A stretch of DNA of 64,000 nucleotides from an uncultured Candidatus Saccharibacteria bacterium. Lineage in GTDB: Bacteria > Patescibacteriota > Minisyncoccia > Phycocordibacterales > PALSA-1337. Below, piece after piece: positions 11,001 to 19,239 of the stretch. The translations under genes were made by a program, and so were the position numbers. Position 1 is the first letter of the stretch, and every line of letters begins with the position of its first letter. Where the stretch lies: assembly GCA_964412585.1 (NCBI GenBank), contig CAYPPJ010000002.1, forward strand, positions 9,631 through 73,630, in the 5' to 3' direction. The notes below the pieces were generated by a model. It saw nothing but the letters and a program-made list of their open reading frames with translations. It was not told the DNA's origin and searched no databases.

Positions 11001-14000
11001 ACTGCTCGTACCATATACGTATATTGTGCCCCACCGCTACTGTCTGTATACGTGGTTCCTGTTACTGGAGTTGCGGTGATCAATGTGAATGGTCCAGCCT
11101 TGCCATTCGTTGACTCGTACACATTGTATCCACGACCTGCATCAGGAGAAGCGTTCCAGGTGATTACCGTGCTTCCGGTACTGTCAGCTCTCGCAACGTT
11201 TGTCACTGGCGCAACCACCTGCATCCTGAGCGTTGGGTCACCCATGAGGTTCATGTGTACTCCTCTGTGTGATTCTGGCAACCCTGCATATCCAGGTAGG
11301 TTGTAGTAGGTGTTGTTGTTTTGACTCGTCTTTGCGCTAAATCCTATCTCTTTGCCAAGTCCCATGTGTGCGAATACCCATACTGGGTTATCAGACCACG
11401 CATTCGTGAGAGCATACCCCTTTGCTGCAAGTGGCGCGCGCAAGAAGTTGTTCTGCACATCCCATTCTTCAAAGTAGCTCGCGAACATTGAATTGAAGAC
11501 GACATTGTATCCGGCCGAAGAAGCAAAGTCGGACGTATAACCTATCCCTGTGGCGCCTGTTAACTGCCCGCCACCAGAACCGCGTGAGAACCAGAGATAG
11601 TTGTTATTACCTTCAACGTTGTTCCAGAATTCAGGTGAATAGAGTGCCTCAAACTGAATACTCTCAATATTCAAAGGCAAGGCTGATCCAAAGAACTGTC
11701 TCTGGAAACTCCTGTTTGTATCACTTGTCATCATTGCCGCTTTTGGATTGTTGTAAATTGCGGAATTGAATACCTTTGTCCTGAAGTCATGATCCTTATC
11801 GAGGTAACGTGACAACAAATCTGTCTCGGTAAGTGGAGTAAAGGCTGGCATATTGTACATATCTACCCTTCCAACCTCGAGTTCAATATCTGATGGAATA
11901 TATGTTGTTGATGTAGTCCATGTTCCATCCATATCTCCATAGAATCCATCAGCCGGCATTGATCTGCTTCCATGTCCATCCGGATTGAGATTGCCGCTCT
12001 TGAATACTGGTATGTGTCCGAGCAAGAATACAGCTTTAGTATTTGTCGGGTCCGCGGTGTAATCGGCCTTGATTGTGCTCTTTACTGAATCCGCCGTCGC
12101 CGTTGAAGGTACGCTATGGTCAAGTACAACCCAACCGTCACCAACCAAATCATCCTTGAGTCTATCTATTTTCGTGGCAAGACTAGTGGCGAATCTCGAG
12201 TCAACCATCAGTATTATTTTTCCTCGAGTTGTTACTTGAGGCAACTCAATACCAGTGTAGATATATGCATCAGCATTATGTTGAGTATTTGCCCTGTTGA
12301 CACGATACTCATATGCTGTGCCTGCCGTGACTGAGGTATCGGTATATGAAGTGATGCCTGTACCACTCCCTATCTGTGTCCATGTACCCGCACCACCTGC
12401 AGGTCCACCTATTACGGTTGAACGGTAGATCGTATAATTCGCACTTGCTTGAGCCCACGGATCTGGATACCAGCTCAGTGTTATTTGCGCTGGAGATTTT
12501 TGCACTACTGCACTCAGACCTAGGAAAGTAATATCCGTATTTGGATTTGCGTCCACGTGCCGTATGACAATAGTAGCTTTTGGCGATGTTCCCAGAGGTC
12601 CAGTACATGTCATTGAATAGCCTGTGCTAATGCTTGGTGAAACAGTCAATGTTCCTGAAGTTGTCGTAGCTCCACTCCAACCGTCTGAGTTATCGTCAAT
12701 ACCATCGGTTAATGTACACGAGGAAGCATTTGTCGAACTCCGAGTAATGAGAGCCTTCTCACCATACATGACCCCTGTCTTACTTGACGTAAGTGTTGCA
12801 GTCACCCCAGTCGATGTCGTCTGCGTTGTCGCCGATACTGCTGGACTCGATGAAGCAGAGACATTGTTTGCCGCATCAAAAGCCTTGATGACATACGAAT
12901 ATGTTGTCGCTGGCGTCAATCCTGAATCCGTAAATGCGAGCGCTGAGGTTGTTGATGCTACAACACCATCTCTGATGACACGATATCCTGCCACACCAAC
13001 ATCGTCGACCGCTGCTCCCCATGTCAGATTGATTGCGCTCGATGATACGGCTGTTGCGGTGACTGCATATGGAGCAAATGGTGGTTGACTATCGCCCCCA
13101 AGTGTCTTGGTTCTGAAAGTCATATCGGACGAGGTGGCAAGGTTGCCCGCAGCGTCTTTTGAATTGACTGAGAAGTGGTAAATCGCATTCGCGGTCAAAC
13201 CACTGATTGTTGCGGTATGACCTGTTACCTTGGTTGAATCAAGAGTAGTGTTGCTGCCATAGCCGTTGGTTGTACCGTAGAGCACTTGCGTGTCAGCAAG
13301 CTCATTGGTATTCCAGGTAATAGTCGCTGTAGTTGTAGTGGTCGTTGACGCAATCCCTGTGATGACTGGCTTGGTCGTATCCGTCTGATTGCCTGACTGA
13401 ATAGTGAATGTGTACTGCGTCGCATTTGGGTTGTCACCACTATATCCATAATCATCATTTTCAACATATACCTTGAGAGGCGTGCCTATGTAGGCAGTAT
13501 ATGTGGTAGAAGTTGGAATCGAGACAATCAAGTTTCCAGCCGCATTTGGGGATATGTTGTAGAAGGAAAATGGACCAATCTGAACTGTGTTATTTTGAGT
13601 AAAATGAGTACCAGAAATGGTCACCATCTGACCGAGCGGGCCTGTGCTTGGGGTCACTCCGGTTATTTTTGTGACATTATCAATCGATAAGATTTCAAAC
13701 GGAACAGCATTACTGATTTTCGTTACACCACCTACCGAGACAGTGTCGGTCAATAGGTACTTCCCTTCCACAATTGTCCCAGGAACATCAGCAACGAGCT
13801 GTGTTCCAGATGAATCAAGATTGCCAATATTTACACCATTGATACCTAGACTAGTGACCGCTCCTGTCGTCGTGCTCGTAAGTTTCAAGTTATTTCCCGT
13901 CAATGCAAAATTTATTCCCTGAATATCCTGTCGGCAGAAATATACGCCGCGAATACAATATGGAAGACTGATTGAATTGATCACGGGAGTCGGAACCTGT

Positions 14001-15307
14001 GCTGATCCTCCAATAGTAAACGTCCCTACTCTATACCTGTATGCGCCCGCATCAGTTGCACCAGCACTGGTATCAGCCTGTAACTCAAGCCTCTGCTCTC
14101 CAGAATACAATCCAACCATAACCGCATACGTACCTGATGGTGCATTCACAGGAACCTTGTACGAAACTGCAGTAGAGACAACGCCTGTACTTGGCCAATT
14201 GGTTGCTGATGGAGATGGATAGAAGTCCGCCCCTTTGAGATATGCCCCCGTGGTCATATTCTGGAAATGAACAAACGCCATCCATGTTGTCCCTTTGAGT
14301 GGCGCTGGAATAGGTGAGGTCGCGCTATAGTTTGCCCCTCCAACCCAATTCAGATCGAAACTAAGTGTGGATCCTGGGGACACATTGGTAACTGGCGCTG
14401 TCCAACCACGAACTTTAATCTTTTGATATGGCAACGGTGTGCCGGTGCCTGTAACTACAACAGCCGCTCCGACTGAAGCTGATATTCCGCTCGCGTTTGA
14501 ACACGCAAGTCCATACGTCGTATTTGTAGTCGGCGTAACTATTTGACTACCCGAAGCTGCTTTTGTCCCAGACCAGCCACCCGATGCTGTACATGAGGTG
14601 GGGCTATTGGTAGATGACCAGGTGAGAGTTACGTTTTGCCCTGCTGTAATGGAGGTTGGAGATGCTGAAAATGTGACCACAGGAACTGGAATTGGGTTAG
14701 GATTTGCTCCTGATGCCTTCAAAACAATGGAATCAATATAATATGTAGTACTGTTAGTGGTTTCTTTGAATCGAAGCTCTTGGGTACTTGAAAGATCCCA
14801 CGTGCCACTACCCTTGAGACTGGCCATCGAGATAGTAATCGTCGACCATGATCCCGTTGGGTTGGATGTGACTGGTTGACTATCAGCTGCCGCGGTATAG
14901 CTGTGCAGATATGTCACCAAAGGATCAGGGGTCGCGGTAGTTGCCTTTATGTGGATCTCAATACGATCATATCCACCAAAATTGATAGCTCCGCCACACG
15001 CATCAATGAACCTAAGGATTCCTCCGGTCCACTTTGTGGTCGCGATTGAGATAGAGTTACCTCCGTTTTCGGCAGTTCCGGAAGATATTGAGGCATTTGC
15101 ATCAAAACAGGTAAATGGAGTGGTTGGCCCGAAAAGTACCCTGTCTTGCGTCTCGGCCGTTACCTGTGCCAGATTTGAAACCCAGGCCGTCGGCACAGAT
15201 TTCTGATCAAACGCGTATATTAATGCCACTATGGCTACCAACAGAAGGATTGCTACAAGGACAAGGCTGGCAGCCCGTGAAAATGCACGCGTGAGTAATA
15301 TGCTCAT
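8057..15307 (-). CDS. giant (2416 aa) membrane-anchored surface protein with FN3/Ig-like repeats and C-terminal GH9-like glycoside hydrolase domain
   Basis: Uninterrupted 7.25-kb ORF; N-terminal TM/signal (LVLVAILLLVAIVALIYAF); Thr/Ser/Gly-rich beta-repeat modules (e.g. PPFAPYAVTATAVSSSAINLTWGAAVDDVGVAGYRV... FN3-like); C-terminal ~600 aa carry GH9 hallmarks KGWYDAADYGKY, DEAKWELDWMLSMQ, FITGVGSNPPMRPLHT and GEFTIIDMGYTAAV. Confidence 0.8.
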   Translation of the reverse strand: MSILLTRAFSRAASLVLVAILLLVAIVALIYAFDQKSVPTAWVSNLAQVTAETQDRVLFGPTTPFTCFDANASISSGTAENGGNSISIATTKWTGGILRFIDACGGAINFGGYDRIEIHIKATTATPDPLVTYLHSYTAAADSQPVTSNPTGSWSTITISMASLKGSGTWDLSSTQELRFKETTNSTTYYIDSIVLKASGANPNPIPVPVVTFSASPTSITAGQNVTLTWSSTNSPTSCTASGGWSGTKAASGSQIVTPTTNTTYGLACSNASGISASVGAAVVVTGTGTPLPYQKIKVRGWTAPVTNVSPGSTLSFDLNWVGGANYSATSPIPAPLKGTTWMAFVHFQNMTTGAYLKGADFYPSPSATNWPSTGVVSTAVSYKVPVNAPSGTYAVMVGLYSGEQRLELQADTSAGATDAGAYRYRVGTFTIGGSAQVPTPVINSISLPYCIRGVYFCRQDIQGINFALTGNNLKLTSTTTGAVTSLGINGVNIGNLDSSGTQLVADVPGTIVEGKYLLTDTVSVGGVTKISNAVPFEILSIDNVTKITGVTPSTGPLGQMVTISGTHFTQNNTVQIGPFSFYNISPNAAGNLIVSIPTSTTYTAYIGTPLKVYVENDDYGYSGDNPNATQYTFTIQSGNQTDTTKPVITGIASTTTTTTATITWNTNELADTQVLYGTTNGYGSNTTLDSTKVTGHTATISGLTANAIYHFSVNSKDAAGNLATSSDMTFRTKTLGGDSQPPFAPYAVTATAVSSSAINLTWGAAVDDVGVAGYRVIRDGVVASTTSALAFTDSGLTPATTYSYVIKAFDAANNVSASSSPAVSATTQTTSTGVTATLTSSKTGVMYGEKALITRSSTNASSCTLTDGIDDNSDGWSGATTTSGTLTVSPSISTGYSMTCTGPLGTSPKATIVIRHVDANPNTDITFLGLSAVVQKSPAQITLSWYPDPWAQASANYTIYRSTVIGGPAGGAGTWTQIGSGTGITSYTDTSVTAGTAYEYRVNRANTQHNADAYIYTGIELPQVTTRGKIILMVDSRFATSLATKIDRLKDDLVGDGWVVLDHSVPSTATADSVKSTIKADYTADPTNTKAVFLLGHIPVFKSGNLNPDGHGSRSMPADGFYGDMDGTWTTSTTYIPSDIELEVGRVDMYNMPAFTPLTETDLLSRYLDKDHDFRTKVFNSAIYNNPKAAMMTSDTNRSFQRQFFGSALPLNIESIQFEALYSPEFWNNVEGNNNYLWFSRGSGGGQLTGATGIGYTSDFASSAGYNVVFNSMFASYFEEWDVQNNFLRAPLAAKGYALTNAWSDNPVWVFAHMGLGKEIGFSAKTSQNNNTYYNLPGYAGLPESHRGVHMNLMGDPTLRMQVVAPVTNVARADSTGSTVITWNASPDAGRGYNVYESTNGKAGPFTLITATPVTGTTYTDSSGGAQYTYMVRAVKLEVTPSGSYVNQSQGVFAVGGGAPVNPPPAGDIDVTGGIKIWDGDTIAGVISGGGLVNGGVVGKAAQSNGTDNWLNLPISSLSIPSQYDKFVFYIKSDSPTGITDVTFFLSTNAGSSDPATKSATISLPGPTATPYVQGGSVNNAWHQVVINTSDLVRPGATNLTFRFNDKTVVAVDEFYLVNTQGNAPAYEPISSRVIRLSMGEAYDRASAVTTSNYILKDTVANTVVPIVGVGRESLLTGFIGPLLLPPADAPITSNNLYLVFGADMAAGKQYTLTINNIKTADGVDYPRPEVITFTYDDNKVTNSVKANQVGFVPSAHKYVYIGNYLGDYQEFGNMPIPATPVCKLFSASVTNPQSATPLATVTATDEGNDIRIGQHVIGYDTNSNPIYAPHRYSMSGERVYSCDFASYQTPGNYYVYAPGYGKTYPFTIGSSVYNDVFKIAAKGLYFQRDDIALTSPYADGIAWGLGKSWARAAGSGLDATSFVHSSVLLNPFGKAADVHAVVDTRKGWYDAADYGKYVESGSGALYELLTAYELQPTKYVDSQLTIPESGNGAPDILDEAKWELDWMLSMQNMTDGFVYHRVATSQWGNLVPWNDNSPRWLSEKSTSATLRFAAIMAKASVDMKPYFPTAAATYLARARMAYAAGYPGIGTSVRAGFNGPASGCVDYDAAKNPNPGRPCLIKGNGSMVTFNGSSVPETSTGGGENADSGNSDDERLWAAAELFRATGESAFHTDFKDMAGRVALQTTWNSYGSDSEGRAGFTYARTAGADQTIVNKYLYVGNNSAYTVTNPGPATLLAFANETVANIRNNTYHNGSYTDTPGTGWGAFSESTRWAWALIKASELVKGINPTLAATYLDNAKIALDVQLGGNPLNKTFITGVGSNPPMRPLHTISSTDGKNDPVPGIPIYGIQSELTDGAPHRKVNELTYPSLVSKWDVFPIWRRYVDSSAIVDMGEFTIIDMGYTAAVYGYFSN

Positions 15308-15396
15308 AAATAGATTGATTAACTGCTAAATGATAAAGTTTGCATTAATTGTAACATGGCAATAAACATGTCAAACCCCCCTTACTTATGGGTATA

Positions 15397-15427
15397 AGAA
15401 AAATCACCGAAAATCGGTGATTTTTCT
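15397..15427. terminator. hairpin terminator downstream of tRNA-Arg(GCG)
   Basis: gaaaaatcaccg-aaaa-tcggtgatttttc perfect stem followed by T-run. Confidence 0.6.
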
Positions 15428-15443
15428 CAAAAGTATCCGGCTG

Positions 15444-15515
15444 TGCCCTCAGTAGGAATCGAACCTACATTGCAAGATCCGCAATCTTGCGTCCTATCCA
15501 TTGAACGATGAGGGC
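15444..15515 (-). tRNA. tRNA-Arg (anticodon GCG as read)
   Basis: RC: gccctca tc gttc aatggata ggac g caaga ttgcgga tcttg caat gtagg ttcgatt cctac tgagggc a; perfect acceptor, anticodon and T stems; anticodon loop ttgcgga gives GCG. Confidence 0.75.
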
Positions 15516-15527
15516 GAGACCTCAATA

Positions 15528-15791
15528 TTACGCTATTTTTTTGAGCGCTGCCATCACGCGAGACTTGGTGCGTGATGAAGTGTTGGCCTTGATATAGCCG
15601 GTCTTTACGGCCTTATCGAGAGCCTGATAAATAGTTGGGACAAGCTTACCTGCCCCATTCTTATCTTTTGCAGCCACGAGTTTACGGAACTCTTTGATCT
15701 GCTTTTCTATAGTAGACTTGCGGCGGAGATTGAAAACACGCTTAGACTTTGAAGCGCGAAGTGCTTTGTGGGCTGATGAGGTAATAGGCAT
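15528..15791 (-). CDS. rpsT: 30S ribosomal protein S20
   Basis: MPITSSAHKALRASKSKRVFNLRRKST... canonical S20; start trimmed to the MPITSS methionine. Confidence 0.85.
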   Translation of the reverse strand: MPITSSAHKALRASKSKRVFNLRRKSTIEKQIKEFRKLVAAKDKNGAGKLVPTIYQALDKAVKTGYIKANTSSRTKSRVMAALKKIA

Positions 15792-15920
15792 ATAAGTTGT
15801 ATGTAGACGATAAGTTAACACGTCATGAGAGAAAAGTAAATAGTAACTAGTAAATAGAGGCTGAAACGTGTGATTTTCTCATTACTAGTTACTAATTACT
15901 ATATACTATATACTATTCTC

Positions 15921-16493
15921 ATGATCTCCCTCCTTCGTGGCCCCATCATAGAAACAGGCAATCGTTTTTGCGTCGTTGATATTGGCGGTATCGGCTACAA
16001 GGTCTTTGTGACCGAAGACACTCTTCACGGGCTTAAAATTGGGGCTGAAAAAACACTTTGGACATACCTCGCTGTGCGTGAAGATGCTCTCGACCTCTAT
16101 GGCTTCCCTTCCCCAAAGGAAAAAAGCTTCTTTGAATTGCTTATTAGCATTTCCGGTATTGGACCAAAGGGTGCACTCAACATTCTTTCACTTGTTTCTG
16201 TTGATACTCTCACCAGTTCAATCAGGAGTGGTTCAGTTGCACACCTGGTCAAAGTTTCTGGCATTGGAAAAAAGACGGCGGAAAAGATTGTACTCGAACT
16301 CAAAGACAAACTTGGTGGCATTGAAAGCGGTGGCGACATGTCTGCTGGCATGTCCAGTGACATGGATGCCATCGAAGCTCTGCGCGCACTCGGCTACGAT
16401 GCCGATGAAGCTCGAGAGGCCCTCAAAAAGATTGATCCTGAGATTGAAGACACGGGTAAGAAGGTAAAAGCGGCATTAAAGATGTTGGGATAA
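15921..16493 (+). CDS. ruvA: Holliday junction DNA helicase subunit RuvA
   Basis: MISLLRGPIIETGNRFCVVDIGGIGYKVFV... ELLISISGIGPKGALNILS (HhH) ... C-terminal RuvB-interacting domain; start trimmed from 15870. Confidence 0.9.
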   Translation: MISLLRGPIIETGNRFCVVDIGGIGYKVFVTEDTLHGLKIGAEKTLWTYLAVREDALDLYGFPSPKEKSFFELLISISGIGPKGALNILSLVSVDTLTSSIRSGSVAHLVKVSGIGKKTAEKIVLELKDKLGGIESGGDMSAGMSSDMDAIEALRALGYDADEAREALKKIDPEIEDTGKKVKAALKMLG

Positions 16494-16504
16494 ACACTAC
16501 AATC

Positions 16505-17785
16505 ATGATCGACCAAATACTTGGAGTCATACGCAGAGCCCTCCCGGAAAAAGTATTCGGGGTGATCCAGCCTCCCTATCACTGGACACTCGCCTTCCTT
16601 GCCGCACTCTGGTATCGATTTCCGTCACGAAAAATAAAAGTTATCGGGGTTACGGGAACAAAAGGAAAAAGTTCTACTGTAGAACTTATCAATGCCATGC
16701 TCATGGAGGCCGGGTACAAAACCGCTCTCTCCAATACCATCCGTTTTAAGGTTGGTGACCTATCTTCAGAAAATCTCTATAAAATGAGTATGCCGGGACG
16801 ATTTGCTGTGCAAAAACTTATTCGAAAGGCGGTAAACAATGGATGTTCACATATGGTTATAGAAATGACATCACAGGGCGCCCTCCTCTATCGACACCGC
16901 TTTATCGAGCTCGACGCTTTTGTATTCACCAATCTTTCGTATGAGCACGTTGAGGCACATGGTTCATACGAAAAATATGTACTCTCAAAACTTTCTATCT
17001 GTGAAAATATGAAGCGTTCGCATAAAAAAGATACGGTCATTATCACAAACGCGGACGACAAAGAGAGCTATCGATTTGCCGCATGTCCATCAGACCGCAA
17101 GATGAGTTTTGGTGTGCATGATGCTCAGCCATATGCACTCAAAAAAGAAGGGTCTCAATTCACTTATGAGGGAAAATTGGTGTCCACTCGCCTCTCAGGA
17201 TTATTTAATATCTATAATATTCTGGCGGCAGCAACAGCGGCCAAGAGCCAAGGTATTCAAAGTGCAGAAATTATTCGTGCAGTCGAACGATTTGATGGCA
17301 TCCCCGGTCGTGTCCAGAGGATTGATGTGGGTCAAGATTTTACGGTAATCGTCGATTACGCTCACACGCCAGATTCTCTTGAAAAGCTTTACCAAGTATT
17401 CCAATCATCAAAAAGTATTTGTGTTCTCGGTGGCACCGGTGGTGGCAGAGACAAATCAAAGCGCGCAATCATGGGAAAAATTGCAGATGAATATTGTGAC
17501 GAGATTATTTTGACCAACGAAGATCCGTACGATGAAGATCCAAAAGAAATAATCGACGAAGTAGCACGGGGTATCACCTCCCAAATACCATTAATCATTA
17601 TGGATCGTCATGCGGCAATCAAAGAAGCATTGAAGCGCGCACAGACTGGCGACACTGTCCTTATTACTGGCAAAGGTACTGATCCGTTTATTATGGGACC
17701 AAAAAATGAAAGAACTCCGTGGAGTGATGCGCGAGTCGTCCGTGAAGAGTTGGAGCTCATGAGACAGCGAGCCACTGTCGAATAG
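16505..17785 (+). CDS. murE: Mur ligase family protein (MurE-like UDP-MurNAc-tripeptide synthetase)
   Basis: VIGVTGTKGKSST P-loop, central Mur ligase domain, VIVDYAHTPDSL motif; 426 aa is short for MurE, so exact substrate uncertain. Confidence 0.65.
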   Translation: MIDQILGVIRRALPEKVFGVIQPPYHWTLAFLAALWYRFPSRKIKVIGVTGTKGKSSTVELINAMLMEAGYKTALSNTIRFKVGDLSSENLYKMSMPGRFAVQKLIRKAVNNGCSHMVIEMTSQGALLYRHRFIELDAFVFTNLSYEHVEAHGSYEKYVLSKLSICENMKRSHKKDTVIITNADDKESYRFAACPSDRKMSFGVHDAQPYALKKEGSQFTYEGKLVSTRLSGLFNIYNILAAATAAKSQGIQSAEIIRAVERFDGIPGRVQRIDVGQDFTVIVDYAHTPDSLEKLYQVFQSSKSICVLGGTGGGRDKSKRAIMGKIADEYCDEIILTNEDPYDEDPKEIIDEVARGITSQIPLIIMDRHAAIKEALKRAQTGDTVLITGKGTDPFIMGPKNERTPWSDARVVREELELMRQRATVE

Positions 17786-17812
17786 AAGCAAATAAAACCA
17801 GGCAGTTAGTTT

Positions 17813-19066
17813 CTACAAATTCCTCCCCGAAAATCTTCTATTCAACTCTTGGACAGTCTTTTCTCCCAAACCTTTTTCGTTAATATTGTATTTCTTTTGA
17901 AATGACTCGATTGCAGCTTGAGTGCATGGACCAATCTTGCCCGTGCGTGGACAATCATTTTTTGTTTTATCTTTTGGCGGGTAGAGTCCATCCACCAGAA
18001 GCGCGGTCTGTAGAGCAAAAACGTCGGGCGATTTATTATTCTTTTCAGAAAATGTTGGACTCCATGTATGAGGTAACGCCAGCGTGTCATAAACTGCAGC
18101 CAATGATGATGAGCCTTGCGGATGGAAAAAGTCTTCGAGACCAAGGTAGGTCTGAAATGCCAAGTCTTTGATAGCAGTTTTGTAAGCGGCCGAGTCGGTA
18201 AACTGCGTTTCGTAAATATACCCGTACTCGATGAGGAGACTTGCCGCGTCAGCTGTATCGTTGGCACCAATCGCGATGAGTTCTCTCTCATCAATAATAC
18301 CCTCAGATTCTCCTGGGAAATCACTGACTGGATTGTATCTGCTCAGACGATTGAAGATGGCCTGCGCGACTGCGCGGGTGGTCGTACTATTAGAGTATTG
18401 TTTTTCAGGACTGTAGATTGCAAAACCACTATACTTCCCTGGCGTAAGATACGGATGACCTGGATAATCATTGAAATGTATATGTATGGCAATATCAATA
18501 TTATTCTCATTTGACCATTTCGTCATGCCATAGAGACGATACGCCACATCGTTAGGAGCGCTGTTGTGGTAGACCTTTGGCGCAGGCAATGGTGCGGAGT
18601 TCGCGACCTTACGCAGCGATTCTTGGCGATGATCTTTTTGCCAAGAAATAATGTTGTTCCACTGTGTTTTGAAATAATCAGCAAACGTCGGGTTCCAATT
18701 TTTCTGGTCACGCGCAATGACAACGTCATACTTGGTATTTGCACTCAAAAAAGTCCCGAGTTCTTCCGCAAGATCAACGGTCATTTCACGCTCCTTGAGA
18801 GAACCGTACTCCGCACCTCCATATCCCGGTTCATGACCAGGAACAAGGAGGATGCGGATTCTGGCCTTACCTTTTTCAGCTTCAGTCGTATATTTTTGTT
18901 GTAGTCCAACAATAGTGCGCGGATTGTGTGTCACAACCGCCGCAACCTGATCACCAATACCATGCAGCCAGGCAACAATGCGATCAGCCTGTTCAGGATA
19001 TTGTGTCGCCAACCATGGCACCATGAAGATGGTGACCGCAAGAGAAAGTGCAACGTAGTAACGCAT
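17813..19066 (-). CDS. N-acetylmuramoyl-L-alanine amidase (Amidase_3) with C-terminal peptidoglycan-binding domain
   Basis: LLVPGHEPGYGGAEY ... EREMTVDLAEEL ... DIAIHIHFN (Amidase_3 zinc ligands) and C-terminal PG_binding_1-like LQTALLVDGLY... Confidence 0.8.
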   Translation of the reverse strand: MRYYVALSLAVTIFMVPWLATQYPEQADRIVAWLHGIGDQVAAVVTHNPRTIVGLQQKYTTEAEKGKARIRILLVPGHEPGYGGAEYGSLKEREMTVDLAEELGTFLSANTKYDVVIARDQKNWNPTFADYFKTQWNNIISWQKDHRQESLRKVANSAPLPAPKVYHNSAPNDVAYRLYGMTKWSNENNIDIAIHIHFNDYPGHPYLTPGKYSGFAIYSPEKQYSNSTTTRAVAQAIFNRLSRYNPVSDFPGESEGIIDERELIAIGANDTADAASLLIEYGYIYETQFTDSAAYKTAIKDLAFQTYLGLEDFFHPQGSSSLAAVYDTLALPHTWSPTFSEKNNKSPDVFALQTALLVDGLYPPKDKTKNDCPRTGKIGPCTQAAIESFQKKYNINEKGLGEKTVQELNRRFSGRNL

Positions 19067-19080
19067 GACACTAGTATAGC

Positions 19081-19203
19081 AGAGAGTCGGAGCCGAGGAG
19101 GGTGTGCACTGTTCCTGTTATTACAATAAACGATGAGGTATGCGGATAACGTGGTAGCTACTATTTCCATAACAGGAACAGTGCACACCCTCCTCGGCTC
19201 TCT
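19081..19203. repeat. Family-1 palindromic element, copy A: 47-nt conserved core in the loop of a 36-bp inverted repeat
   Basis: Arms agagag(tcgga)gccgaggagggtgtgcactgttcctgttat / ataacaggaacagtgcacaccctcctcggctctct (30 bp perfect plus 6 bp with a 5-nt bulge). Loop 19122..19168 tacaataaacgatgaggtatgcggataacgtggtagctactatttcc matches copies B and C. Confidence 0.85.
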
Positions 19204-19239
19204 CTTGCAAAAGAGTGAGATTTCGTCTCTACTTATGAC

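Noticed and set aside
12624-13088. Numerous 60-150-aa ORFs on the plus strand inside the giant gene, and on either strand inside other long genes
   Set aside because: They are embedded antisense or out of frame in long well-supported ORFs, with low-complexity translations.
19081-19203. Interpretation of the family-1 and family-2 elements as MITEs
   Set aside because: MITEs share terminal inverted repeats and vary internally. Here the inverted arms are unrelated between copies while the interior is conserved, and no target-site duplications are evident.
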